Shown here: one piece after another, positions 20,749 to 30,450 of the stretch | Layout of the letters: each line of letters begins with the position of its first letter | How positions within the stretch are numbered: position 1 is the stretch's first letter | Source: an uncultured Chloroflexia bacterium | GTDB taxonomy: Bacteria > Chloroflexota > Limnocylindria > Limnocylindrales > CSP1-4 | Length of the DNA stretch: 64,000 nt | Assembly (NCBI GenBank): GCA_963813535.1 | Contig: CAWEZH010000002.1 | Coordinates: 640,001 to 704,000, forward strand | Direction: 5' to 3' | Made by a program: the position numbers and the translations under genes | The notes under the pieces: model-generated | Told to the model about the DNA's origin: nothing | Databases searched by the model: none | What the model saw: the letters and a program-made list of their open reading frames with translations, nothing else

Positions 20749-20776
20749 CGCAGACATAACTCACCTTATCGGAAGT
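20749..20776 (-). other. dif-like XerC/XerD recombination site
   Basis: Minus strand ACTTCCGATAA-GGTGAG-TTATGTCTGCG: 11-6-11 layout with ATAA/TTAT inner dyad, intergenic, similar to Firmicute and actinobacterial dif arms. Confidence 0.75.
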
Positions 20777-20817
20777 GAATGACGGCTCGTCATATCCGCC
20801 TACGCGCTAAGCCGTTG

Positions 20818-21102
20818 TCAAGTTGCGAAAACGAACAAGATGGCCAGGATCGCGGCGACGCTGTACACGACGACCCCCACGACGACGAAGCCGATCGCCA
20901 ATCCCGCGCCAAACTTGATCGCCGTCCGGAGTGGGACGTCGAATGGGCCGGGTGGGGGCGGCAAGCCCGGAGCCGACCCTCCCCATACCTGGAACGACGT
21001 ACCGCACTGCGAGCAGAAGTTCGCCCCCACGTGCCGGATCGCCTGACACGTCGGGCAGCGAGGCTCGCTGGTCGTCGCGGGGTCAGGCGTGCTGGTGGTC
21101 AC
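20818..21102 (-). CDS. Small zinc-ribbon membrane protein
   Basis: CPTC...FCSQCG followed by a C-terminal TM helix. Confidence 0.7.
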   Translation of the reverse strand: MTTSTPDPATTSEPRCPTCQAIRHVGANFCSQCGTSFQVWGGSAPGLPPPPGPFDVPLRTAIKFGAGLAIGFVVVGVVVYSVAAILAILFVFAT

Positions 21103-21170
21103 TGGGCCAGCCTAACTTGTCACGATCGGCCCAAGCGAACGACGGCGAGGATTCGCCTGCTCGGCTTGCG

Positions 21171-22340
21171 TCAGCTGGAGTCCGCGGGGCCGACGGGCGC
21201 GATCGCGCCAGTCTCGGTGATCGGCTTGGGCGGCCCGAGCCGCCAGATCGACCGGGTCAGGCCGGGCGCCGCCACGAACATGATGGCGAAGGCGACGATG
21301 ACGACGAGCAGGGCGAGCGGGATGCCGGTCACGATGACCATGCTCTTCGCTCCGGTGGTGAGCGCGCCGTAGAACAGCGCAGCGACGACGACACCGCTGG
21401 GTCGCGAGCCAGCGAGCAGGGTGAGGGCGATGGCGACGTAGCCCAGGTCGTTCTGTGGTCCGCCCGAGAAGCCGCCGGCGGGCCCGAGGCCGAAGAACGC
21501 GCTGCCCATGCCGACCAGCCCTCCGGACAGCGACATCGCCAGCATCGTGGTCCGGCCCGGCCGCATGCCGGCGCCGCGGGCGGCGGTGCGGCTGAAACCG
21601 GTTGCCCGGAGCTCGAAGCCGCGGGTGGTCCGGAACAGCAGCAAGGACACGACGACGGCCATCGCGACCGCGACCACGAAGCCGTAGTCGACGCGGATCG
21701 TCGGCAGGTCGATGACCCGCGGCACGGCGGGGATCGCCGGCGGCGGCCCCGAGAAAGGGATCAGCCCGACGATGAGGAACGCGAGGTTCGGCGCCACGCC
21801 GTTGAGCATCAGCGTGGTGATGACCTCGTGCGCCCCCGTCCGGGCCTTGAGGAAGCCGGGAACGAACCCATACGCTCCCCCGGCGATGGTCCCACCGAGC
21901 AGCGCGGCCATCAGGGCGAGAGACGGCGGCAGGTACCCCGCCACGAACGTCGCCGTGATCGCGGCACCCAGGCCGCCGATGAGGAACTGCCCGTCCGCTC
22001 CGAGGTTGATCAGGCCGGCGTGGAACGACACGGCGAGGCCCAGGCCGACGAAGATGAACGGCGTGGCGCTGACCAGGGTTTCGGAGATGGGTCGGATGGC
22101 TGCCGCGATGTCGTCGGCGTTACCGCTCTGGATCGCGACGACGATGCGACCCGGGTCGCCGATCGCCCCAGAGAACATCGCGCGGTAGCCGTCGAACACG
22201 CCAGCGAGTGCGCCACCGATCGCCGCGGCCGGATCGGTGCCGATGTGTCGTAGGTGCTCGAAGTCGGTCAGCACGATGACGATCGCGCCCAGGAAGAAGG
22301 CCGTGACCAGCGCGAGTGCCGGGACAAGTGCGGGACGCAG
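21171..22340 (-). CDS. Nucleoside/sugar ABC transporter permease (orphan; start uncertain)
   Basis: GLINLGADGQF, GAHEVITTLMLN, GFELRATG; frame open upstream of 22274 through a hydrophobic helix to a CTG at 22340. Confidence 0.8.
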   Translation of the reverse strand: MRPALVPALALVTAFFLGAIVIVLTDFEHLRHIGTDPAAAIGGALAGVFDGYRAMFSGAIGDPGRIVVAIQSGNADDIAAAIRPISETLVSATPFIFVGLGLAVSFHAGLINLGADGQFLIGGLGAAITATFVAGYLPPSLALMAALLGGTIAGGAYGFVPGFLKARTGAHEVITTLMLNGVAPNLAFLIVGLIPFSGPPPAIPAVPRVIDLPTIRVDYGFVVAVAMAVVVSLLLFRTTRGFELRATGFSRTAARGAGMRPGRTTMLAMSLSGGLVGMGSAFFGLGPAGGFSGGPQNDLGYVAIALTLLAGSRPSGVVVAALFYGALTTGAKSMVIVTGIPLALLVVIVAFAIMFVAAPGLTRSIWRLGPPKPITETGAIAPVGPADSS

Positions 22341-22347
22341 CTCGCCC

Positions 22348-22752
22348 CTACCCTCGGTACTCGCTGATCTCGAACAGGTGCCCGTCGGGATCGCGGAAGA
22401 AGCAGCGCGTCTCCGCGCCGTGGGTCACCGGTGGCGTCAGGAAGACCGCGTCGCGCTCCTTGAGATCCTCGTATGCGGCCTGGCAGTCGTCGACGCGCAT
22501 GGTGAACAGGTTGTCGCGCACGTCCGGGTCGACCGGCGGCGCGAGCGTGACGTCGGGCTTGTCGTCGGTCGGCTCACCACCGGTCACGATCAGCAGCCAT
22601 GCGGTCCCGAGGCTGAGCACGACCGACGTACCGCCGTACTCGCCATACAGGCTCGCGCCGAGGACATCGAGGTACCACGCCTTCGACCGCGCGAGGTCGG
22701 AGACGACGAGGATGTGCGTCACGGCCAGATCGGGCGGCGGGAAGACGCTCAC
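22348..22752 (-). CDS. VOC/glyoxalase family protein
   Basis: THILVVSDLARSKAWY..VLG, FFRDPDGHLFE; 3' part of ORF 22348..23631. Confidence 0.88.
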   Translation of the reverse strand: MSVFPPPDLAVTHILVVSDLARSKAWYLDVLGASLYGEYGGTSVVLSLGTAWLLIVTGGEPTDDKPDVTLAPPVDPDVRDNLFTMRVDDCQAAYEDLKERDAVFLTPPVTHGAETRCFFRDPDGHLFEISEYRG

Positions 22753-22811
22753 GAGGGTCTCCTGATCGTCACGGCCGTCATCGTGCCACGCTCGACGGCC
22801 CGGTGACGCCC

Positions 22812-23631
22812 CTACCCCGGACAGGCGAACGCGAAGTAGATCGGGATGTCGAGGCCGACGTGGACAGCGATCGGGATCAGCAGGGACCGGGTCCGGATGG
22901 TGACGAGGCCGGCGAGTAGTCCGCCGAGACCCATGGCCAGCATCAGCGGCACCTGGAAGGCGACGACGTCGGTCCCGGAGTGCGCGAGCCCGAAGACGAC
23001 GGCCTGCCCGATGAGCGCAGGCCCGATGCCCATGACCCGTCCCGACCAGCTCATGAGCGCGCCCCGGTAGATGACCTCCTCCATCACGCCGTTCGAGACC
23101 GCGAAGATCGCGGCGGGCACGAGCGCCCCAGCGACGAGCACGTAGGACACGTCGCCGAAGAACGGTCTGGCCAGGTAGGGTCCGATCAGCAGCGCCACCG
23201 GACCCGCCGCGAGGAACCCGACGATCGCCCAGCGGATCCACCGACGCGCCGGCCAGCGGAGATACAGCGTCGCCGGAACCGCGCGCAGCACCAGCGCGAC
23301 GATCGTCAACGAGACGAGCACGACGACCGCCTCGAGCGCTCGCCAGGTGGCGACCGGTGACGCCGGGTCCTGCGCAGCTGCCGAGATCCGTGGCGATGAC
23401 CGGTGCCGCAAGCGTTCCCCAGAACAGGCTGACCGCGACGGGCACAGCGCCCGCCCAGGTCCAGCGCACTGGCGCGTCGCGGGCGACGGCGATGGCCGTG
23501 CCGACGGCGAGCACGAGCAGCAACGGCAGACGCGCCTGCGGCACGGCCGCAGCGACGGCCAGCAACCCGATCGGGATGAGCGAGCGGGCCAGCTCGGCCG
23601 GCTCGAACGGGAGCGTCCGTGTGGCGGCCAC
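22812..23631 (-). CDS. CPBP (Abi/CAAX) intramembrane glutamic endopeptidase, one frameshift near 23370
   Basis: MEEVIYRG, FGLAH, AVH motifs; the N-terminal TM part lies in the frame of ORF 22348..23631. Confidence 0.78.
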
Positions 23632-23656
23632 GGCGACTACCCCTCCCCCGCTCGGG

Positions 23657-24628
23657 TCAGACGTTGCTTCCGGTGACGATGACGAGCGCCGCGCCGTCCC
23701 GCGGCGGGTCGGCGAGCAGGCCGGCCCACGATGCGGCCGCCGCGCCCTCGACGGTCACGCCGAGCGCCTCGGTCAGTTCGTCCTGTGCCTCGTGCAGTGC
23801 CGCCTCCCCCACCGTGAGCATCGCGTCGACCCGGCCGAACATCAGCTCCACGGCGCGCGGGATCGCGATGCGCGAGGCGATGCCGTCCGCGTACGTGGCC
23901 GCGCGCTCGGTGTCGATCGCCCGTCCCGCGGCGAACGAGCGTGTCATGGCGTCGGCGCCCTCGGCCTGGACGCCCACCACGCGAGTCGACGGCGATGCGT
24001 GCCGGAACCACGATCCGACGCCGTCGATCAGCGCGCCATTGCCGACCGGGATGGATGCGACCGCGATCGCCGGCAACACGCCTGCCTCGACGGCGTCCGT
24101 GAGCTCGAGCGCGAGGCTCGCCGCCCCTGCCGCGATACGCGGATCGTCACCGTCGACCAGCAGCTCGGCATCGTTCGCCGCCACATACGCCTCCGAGGCG
24201 CCACGCGCGTCATCGAAATCGTCACCTTCCTCGATGACCGTGGCGCCGAGGCCGCGCATCCGGGCGATCTTCGCGCGATTGGCGTTGCGCGAGGTGAAGA
24301 CGACGGCCGGGATCGCCAGCGCCCGTGCGGCATAGGCGACGCCCTGGCCGAAGTTCCCGGCCGAGGCCACGACCACGGGTCGTTGCGCGCCGATCCTCCC
24401 CTCCCCCGCCAGACCGTGCACGGCCACCCACGTCCCGCGGCCCTTGAACGCCCGGATCGGGTTGACCGTCTCGACCTTCACGACGACCTGGACGCCGAGC
24501 CTGGCGGTCAGCCCCTCGTGGACGTACTGCGGCGAGCCGGTGAAGGCCGGGTCGATGGTCGCGGCCGTGGCGCGGATCGCCTCGGGTGTGAGCTCGGGGA
24601 TCGCGATCGGGTTCGGCGCGTCAGGCAT
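23657..24628 (-). CDS. PLP-dependent threonine/serine dehydratase family
   Basis: KVETVNPIRAFKGRG, ASAGNFG, PVGNG, TGSN. Confidence 0.88.
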   Translation of the reverse strand: MPDAPNPIAIPELTPEAIRATAATIDPAFTGSPQYVHEGLTARLGVQVVVKVETVNPIRAFKGRGTWVAVHGLAGEGRIGAQRPVVVASAGNFGQGVAYAARALAIPAVVFTSRNANRAKIARMRGLGATVIEEGDDFDDARGASEAYVAANDAELLVDGDDPRIAAGAASLALELTDAVEAGVLPAIAVASIPVGNGALIDGVGSWFRHASPSTRVVGVQAEGADAMTRSFAAGRAIDTERAATYADGIASRIAIPRAVELMFGRVDAMLTVGEAALHEAQDELTEALGVTVEGAAAASWAGLLADPPRDGAALVIVTGSNV

Positions 24629-24634
24629 CGCGCA

Positions 24635-26755
24635 TCAGTCGGGCAGGCTGGGCAGGAGCGGCGCGAGGTACGGCGCCAGGGCGCGGGCGAATGGCGTGGT
24701 CATGTGATGGGCGTCGCGATACACGAGCACGCGCCCGATGACTGCCGGGCACGGCTCCGTCGGGCACAGCCAGGGCGCGGGATCGATGAACGTCGCCCCC
24801 ATCTCGGCCGTCACCGCCTTCTCGGTCGCCGCCCGCTCGAGCCCGAGCGCCTTTGACATGGGCGTGGCGCACGCGAGCGCGTCGTCCAGGTGATCCGAGA
24901 GACAGACTGGCGCGTCTCTCGCCGGCCGGGGTGTGTCGCCGATGACGACGACGCGGTCGGCGACCTTCTCGATGGCCCGGATGGACCGCTCGAGTCCTGT
25001 CGCCCACAGATCCTCCCGGTCGCCCGATGGGACCGCGGCACCGTCGACCCAGAACTGGCCGGTCCGGCTGTCCGAGATCACCACCATCGCCGGCTTTTCG
25101 GCTCCGATGCGATCGAGGACGGCGGCCCGCCACGCATCGCACTCGGCGTACTCGCGCTTGAGTGCCGTGTTGTACACCGGGAGGTCGGCCACCGGACAGG
25201 CGGATTTCGTGAGTGAGATGAACCGCCAATCCTGCTCCTCGGCGAGGCGCTGGAGCGTGGGAAACCAGTGCGCCGCATGTGAATCACCGATCAGCACGAC
25301 CGTGCTCGACCCATCCGACCGCCCGTAGACGCAGTCGGGCGGGCTGGTCTCGCGCCACTCAGCGTGGCACGCGTCGGCGTAGATGACCGGGATGTCGTCG
25401 CGGACCGTCGCAAGCGGCGGGACGAGGTCGGCGGGGACCGGTCCACCAGGCGTCGGGGCGAGCGTCGGCTCGGCCGGCGGGCTGCTCGGGGGGCCGCTTG
25501 GCGGCGCCTGGGTGCCGCTCGGCGTCGCCAGCGTCGGGCTCGGTGTCGTCAGCTCGACCTCGACGTCGCCGGTATTCGGCGCTGCGGCCGTCGCCGGTAG
25601 GGCCACGACGCCTGCCCCGAGCGACACTCCCGCGACCAGCAGGCTGGTGACACCGGCGACCGCCAGCGATCTCGACGGTCGAAGCCTCGCAGCACCGCCG
25701 TGGCGGATCGGATCCTCGATCCAGCGCCTGCTCGCCTCGGCTAGCAGGAACGTCACCCCGACGAGCCCCAGCCGGACCGGCCCTGGCAACGCTGCGCCGA
25801 CGGCCGCCGCCGGGAGGACGAGCAGCGGCCAGTGCCACAGGTAGAGCGAGTACGAGATGCCGCCGATCCAGCGCATCGGGCGGATCGCGACGAGCCGCGA
25901 CAGCGGATTGAGTGGTTGCGGCAGCCCGCCGAGGATGACCAGCGCGGCGCCGACGACCGGCAGCAGGGCGGCTGTGCCCGGGAACGGCGTCGCGGTGTCG
26001 AAGACGACGCCACCGATGCCGATGAGCAGGAGACCGAGGGCGACCGAGGCCGTGGCGACCGACCCCGGCAGGCGCGCGAGACGGGTCATGCCCAGCGCCA
26101 GTGCGGCACCGACCGCCAGCTCCCAGGCACGTGACGGGAGGAGGAAGAACGCCAACGGCGCGTCGGTCGACGTCCAGACCAGACCGAGGACGAACGAGGC
26201 GATCGCGACGATCCCGACCGTCAGCCCGATCCGGCGCAGGACGACGCTGCGACCCGCGACGAGGAACAGGAGCGCCGGCCAGAAGAGGTAGAACTGCTCC
26301 TCGACGCCGAGCGACCAGAAGTGCAGCAGCGGTGACGGGTCCAGTTCCGCCTGCAGGTAGTCGGTCGCCTGCGCCGCGAAGCGGATGTTGCTGACGTACA
26401 GCGCCGCGGCCGCGCCATCGCCCGCGACATCGACCATGCGCAGCGGTGGCAGCACGATGGCCGAAGCGATGACGGTGACCGCGATGACCACGAGCGCCGC
26501 GGGCAGCAACCGTCGGGCGCGGCGGGCGTAGAACGCCGGCAGGTCGACCCGGCCGGTCGACTGCAGCTCGCGCACGATGAGCCCGGTGATCAGGAACCCG
26601 GAGACGACGTAGAAGACGTCGACGCCGATGTAGCCGCCCGTCAGCCCCGGGATGCGCGCGTGATACGCGAGCACGAGGAGGACGGCGATGGCGCGCAGGC
26701 CTTCGATATCGGGGCGGAACGGCGCGCGGGCGTCGTTCGGCGGGGGCGATGCCAC
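24635..26755 (-). CDS. Acyltransferase-3 + SGNH O-acetyltransferase (OafA/OatA-like)
   Basis: RPDIEGLRAIAV, GVDVFYVVSGFLI, WSLGVEEQFY, SYSLYLWHWP, GDSH, DAHH. Confidence 0.92.
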   Translation of the reverse strand: MASPPPNDARAPFRPDIEGLRAIAVLLVLAYHARIPGLTGGYIGVDVFYVVSGFLITGLIVRELQSTGRVDLPAFYARRARRLLPAALVVIAVTVIASAIVLPPLRMVDVAGDGAAAALYVSNIRFAAQATDYLQAELDPSPLLHFWSLGVEEQFYLFWPALLFLVAGRSVVLRRIGLTVGIVAIASFVLGLVWTSTDAPLAFFLLPSRAWELAVGAALALGMTRLARLPGSVATASVALGLLLIGIGGVVFDTATPFPGTAALLPVVGAALVILGGLPQPLNPLSRLVAIRPMRWIGGISYSLYLWHWPLLVLPAAAVGAALPGPVRLGLVGVTFLLAEASRRWIEDPIRHGGAARLRPSRSLAVAGVTSLLVAGVSLGAGVVALPATAAAPNTGDVEVELTTPSPTLATPSGTQAPPSGPPSSPPAEPTLAPTPGGPVPADLVPPLATVRDDIPVIYADACHAEWRETSPPDCVYGRSDGSSTVVLIGDSHAAHWFPTLQRLAEEQDWRFISLTKSACPVADLPVYNTALKREYAECDAWRAAVLDRIGAEKPAMVVISDSRTGQFWVDGAAVPSGDREDLWATGLERSIRAIEKVADRVVVIGDTPRPARDAPVCLSDHLDDALACATPMSKALGLERAATEKAVTAEMGATFIDPAPWLCPTEPCPAVIGRVLVYRDAHHMTTPFARALAPYLAPLLPSLPD

Positions 26756-26801
26756 GGATGGGATGGTACCCGCGCCGTGCTGGGTCGGTCCCCGATCGAG
26801 G

Positions 26802-27254
26802 CTTCGGGACATGAAAGTGCCCGAAGGAACTGGTCCGTAGCCCTCAGCATCGATGTAAACACCTATGCCGCTACTTGCGGTCCTGCCCCTTCGGGCACGA
26901 CCTACGGTACGGCCGGGCCGTCCCCATGGGAAGCGATTTATCCACCAATTTCCAGATTCAGGGGTCGTTCTGGGTCGATCCGTCCACCGCCAATCCACCG
27001 TCTGGCGGTTCGCGACTGGACCGCGCACGACCCTGGGCCGGGTCGCGCTGGCGTCGGGCACAAGCAAATGCCCGAAGGAACTCGATCACTAGACGCTCCA
27101 ACCAATGTAAACACCGGTCAGATCGCTAGATGTTCGTGCCCCTTCGGGCAGGTCCTACGTTAGGCGACGCGTGCTTGCGGCGGCAAGAGGGTTATCCACT
27201 GATTTCATTGCAGATGAGACGCCACGCCGCCCGATGTCCACAGCGTCCCCACAG
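26802..27254. repeat. Two tandem ~253-bp block repeats with inverted arms and DnaA-box-like motifs
   Basis: Blocks TGCCCGAAGGAACT (26818/27069), ATGTAAACACC (26853/27105), TGCCCCTTCGGGCA (26884/27137), CCTACG (26901/27154), TTATCCAC (26938/27192) and GTCCAC (26982/27236) recur at offsets 251-254. Confidence 0.8.
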
Positions 27255-27276
27255 TGGGCCTCGTCGGGGCGCGCCG

Positions 27277-27843
27277 TCAGGTCTCGAGCGGCCACGACAC
27301 CTCGTCGATCAGGGCCGGTCGCCCGTCATCCTCGACGGTGAACCGCCGCTCCTCGCTGCCGGCGGTGTCCCGCAGGTGCCAGGAATGCCGGGCGATGCGC
27401 TCGACGGCCCAGCGCGTCGGTCGGGGATCGAGTCCGTCGTCGATGCGCAGGATCTCCAGGGTCGCCGTGGCGCCCGCGACGACGCGACGCTCGAGACGTC
27501 TGACGGCGATCGTCGTCGAGGCCGGCGAGCCGATCACGAGGAGCTCATGCTCCGCGCTCCAGCGAAACGCCAGGTGACGTACGCCCGCGGCCGTGACCAC
27601 GTTCCCGTGGATCGCCGACTCGTCCCGCTCCGGATGCAGCGTCAGCAGTCCGGCCCGCGTCGTCATCTCGAGTCGCGTCGGCCGTCCGGCCGTGGAGGTC
27701 TCGAGCAACAGCGACCGCAGCAGCTGTCCATCCCGTTCGATCGACTCCCGCCAGCGCGTCCCCTTCGCGCCGTCGGCCTGGCTCCATGTGACGAGATCGC
27801 CGGTGCCGGTCCTCGCATGACCGCCACGACGGACGGATGCCAT
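27277..27843 (-). CDS. Hypothetical protein
   Basis: 188-aa ORF directly downstream of hflX on the same strand; beta-rich pattern. Confidence 0.65.
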   Translation of the reverse strand: MASVRRGGHARTGTGDLVTWSQADGAKGTRWRESIERDGQLLRSLLLETSTAGRPTRLEMTTRAGLLTLHPERDESAIHGNVVTAAGVRHLAFRWSAEHELLVIGSPASTTIAVRRLERRVVAGATATLEILRIDDGLDPRPTRWAVERIARHSWHLRDTAGSEERRFTVEDDGRPALIDEVSWPLET

Positions 27844-27861
27844 CCTCGCTGCGCGCCCCCT

Positions 27862-29202
27862 TCAGAGCCCCTGGCGGCCGGCGACGGCCGACGTCTCACC
27901 CGTGCCGTCGACCGCATCGGCCCAGCGAACTGCGGCGGACTCGAGCTCGCCGGCGAGCGAGGGGGCGACTCGGCCGCGGATCCGAACGTCGCGCTCGCGG
28001 TAGTCGATGTCGATGGTCCCCCGCTCACGGACGCGGGCCAGCAGCTCGCCGGCTGCATACGGCAAGGCGACGTCGACGTCGACCCAGAGCGACGCGAGGA
28101 CCGCGGCGATCTCGGCGCGCAGCGTCTCCATCCCGTAGCCGGTCAAGGCCGAGACGAAGACCGCGCCGGCGATGGACGGCGCCACGCCCGACCCGTTCGA
28201 TGCGGCATGGTCGATCAGGTCGGCCTTGTTGAAGACCACGAGCCGCGGCTTGTCTCCCGCCCCGAGCTCGTCGAGCACGGTCTGGACGGTCGTCCGGTGC
28301 TCGTCGACATGGGCATCGGAGGCATCGACGACCTCGAGCAGCACGTCGGCGCGATTGACCTCCTCGAGCGTGGCTCGGAACGCGTCGACGAGCTGGTGCG
28401 GCAGCTTGTGGATGAAACCGACGGTGTCCGTGACGATCGCGGTCTGGCCGTCGCCGAGCTTGACCTGGCGGCTCGTCGGATCGAGCGTCGCGAACAGCTT
28501 GTCCTCCGCGCGCGCGACCTCGGAGCCCACCAGGGTGTTGAGCAGGGTCGATTTCCCGGCATTCGTGTACCCGACGATGCCGACGGTCGGCCACAGGCGC
28601 CGGTCGCGGCCGCGTGCGGCCGTGGCTCGATGCTGACGGACCTGCTCCACGCGATCCTTCATCTTGGCGATCCGCGTCCGGATCACGCGCCGGTCGGTCT
28701 CGAGCTGGCTCTCGCCTGGTCCGCGCGACCCGATACCACCCTGGGTCCGCGACAGGTGGGTCCACAAGCGGGTCAGGCGCGGCAACTGGTATTCGAGCTG
28801 GGCGAGCTCGACCTGGAGCCGGCCCTCGTGCGTCTGCGCATGCAGGGCGAAGATGTCGAGGATCAGCCGGCTGCGGTCGATGACCTTGACACGCAACAGC
28901 TCCTCCAGGGAGCGCTGCTGGGCGGGTGACAGCTCGTCATCGGCGATGAGCACGTCGAAGCCGGTCTCCCGCCGAGCCGCCGCGAGGTCCTCGGCCTTGC
29001 CCTTGCCGATGTACCAGTTCGGGTCGACGTGCCGGCGGTTCTGCCATTCCGCGCCGACCACGTCGGCACCGGCCGTCGTAGCGAGGTTCGCGAGCTCGGA
29101 GAGGGACTCCTGGGCGGTCCAGCCGTCCTCGCCACCGGTGTCGACGGCGACCAGGAAGGCCTTCTCGACCGGTGGTTCGAGGTCGATGAGGTGTCGTGCC
29201 AT
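27862..29202 (-). CDS. hflX: GTPase HflX
   Basis: LILDIFA, GPGESQLE, GYTNAGKST, FATLDPT, DTVGF, NKAD. Confidence 0.95.
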   Translation of the reverse strand: MARHLIDLEPPVEKAFLVAVDTGGEDGWTAQESLSELANLATTAGADVVGAEWQNRRHVDPNWYIGKGKAEDLAAARRETGFDVLIADDELSPAQQRSLEELLRVKVIDRSRLILDIFALHAQTHEGRLQVELAQLEYQLPRLTRLWTHLSRTQGGIGSRGPGESQLETDRRVIRTRIAKMKDRVEQVRQHRATAARGRDRRLWPTVGIVGYTNAGKSTLLNTLVGSEVARAEDKLFATLDPTSRQVKLGDGQTAIVTDTVGFIHKLPHQLVDAFRATLEEVNRADVLLEVVDASDAHVDEHRTTVQTVLDELGAGDKPRLVVFNKADLIDHAASNGSGVAPSIAGAVFVSALTGYGMETLRAEIAAVLASLWVDVDVALPYAAGELLARVRERGTIDIDYRERDVRIRGRVAPSLAGELESAAVRWADAVDGTGETSAVAGRQGL

Positions 29203-29291
29203 GCGGCTGCAGGATACCGGTAACGTCCTCGTGCAGCCGCTGACGCTCCTGCAAGCCCGCGCGGTCACCATCGATATCGAGGAGGTGCCTG

Positions 29292-29504
29292 ATGACCGAT
29301 GCCCGCCTGCACAGCACCAAGCCGATCGATGACGAAGTCCCGTTCGCAGACGCCGTCGACGTTCCCGGCGAGGAAGCGCCGGCCGACGAAGACGCCCTCG
29401 TGACCCCGGCCGCGGCCGAGCGCGACCGGACCATGCCCGACCGGGACGTGGAACCGTCGGGCCGTCAGACCGACGATCTCGGCGAAGACAAGCGGGACGC
29501 CTGA
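29292..29504 (+). CDS. Small acidic hypothetical protein
   Basis: 70-aa ORF with strong GGAGGT Shine-Dalgarno; overlaps the miaA 3' end. Confidence 0.55.
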   Translation: MTDARLHSTKPIDDEVPFADAVDVPGEEAPADEDALVTPAAAERDRTMPDRDVEPSGRQTDDLGEDKRDA

Positions 29505-30430
29505 CCCGAGCTGACCGCCCGCGCGAGTTCGACCGCCTTGTCGAACGGATCCCCCGTCGCCTCCAGCCAGGTGACGTCTGGCTCCGCACGGAACCAGGTC
29601 CGCTGTCGCTTCGCGAACGCGACATTCCGTCTCGCGTCCTCCTCGATCGCGTGCTCGCGGGTCATGGTCGCGTCGGCGACGGACCACGCCTCCCGATAGC
29701 CGATCGCCGAGAACGCCGGTAGCGTCGGGTCGAAGCGCTCTCGGAGCGCGACGGCCTCGTCGACCAGGCCTGCGTCGAGCTGGGACCGTGCCCGTGCCGC
29801 GATACGGCGCCGATGCTCTGCCCCTTCGACGTCGAGCCCGATCCAGGTCACAGGACCGTCATACCCACGCGGCCGAGGCCGCGGACCATCGCCGCGCAAT
29901 TCGGCGATCTCGAGGGCGCGGATCACGCGCCGCGGGTTGGCCAAGTGGACCTCCGCCGCGAGTGCGGGGGCCTTCGCCTGGAGCCGGGCTGCCAGGGGTT
30001 CGAGGCCCTCGGCGGCGAACTCCGCTTCGAGACGGGCGCGGACGGCGGGGTCATCGGGCAGTGCGTCAAGGTCGAGCCCGCGCGCGACGGCACGCAGGTA
30101 CAGACCCGTGCCGCCGACCAGCAGCGCCACCCCGTCGCGTGCCGCCACGTCCCGCAGGACGCCGGTCGCGTGCGCCACGTAGTCGGAGACCGCGAAACGC
30201 TCGTCGGGGTCGACGAGGTCGAGGCCCTCGTGCGGGACGCGCCCACGATCCGCGACCGAGACCTTGGCCGTGCCGATATCGAGGCCGCGATACACCTGTC
30301 GCGAGTCGGCCGAGATGACGGTGGCGGGTCGCCCCGACGCGATCAGCCACTCCCCGAGCCGGATGCCGAGCTCGGTCTTGCCGGTCGCGGTCGGACCCGC
30401 GACGACGATGAGCGGTGGCAGGCTCCCCAT
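29465..30430 (-). CDS. miaA: tRNA dimethylallyltransferase
   Basis: GPTATGKT, SADSRQVY, DIGTAK, GGTGLY, AKRQRTWF. Confidence 0.95.
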   Translation of the reverse strand: MGSLPPLIVVAGPTATGKTELGIRLGEWLIASGRPATVISADSRQVYRGLDIGTAKVSVADRGRVPHEGLDLVDPDERFAVSDYVAHATGVLRDVAARDGVALLVGGTGLYLRAVARGLDLDALPDDPAVRARLEAEFAAEGLEPLAARLQAKAPALAAEVHLANPRRVIRALEIAELRGDGPRPRPRGYDGPVTWIGLDVEGAEHRRRIAARARSQLDAGLVDEAVALRERFDPTLPAFSAIGYREAWSVADATMTREHAIEEDARRNVAFAKRQRTWFRAEPDVTWLEATGDPFDKAVELARAVSSGQASRLSSPRSSV

Positions 30431-30450
30431 GGCCGCATACTGCACGGCCG

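Noticed and set aside
22348-23631. 427-aa membrane/VOC fusion ORF
   Set aside because: Artefact of the frameshift in the CPBP gene; the VOC gene has its own RBS (GGAG) and GTG at 22752.
26802-27254. CRISPR array or oriC
   Set aside because: Only two long units, no identical repeats with unique spacers and no cas genes; no dnaA/dnaN or AT-rich unwinding element, and strand polarity indicates terminus, not origin.
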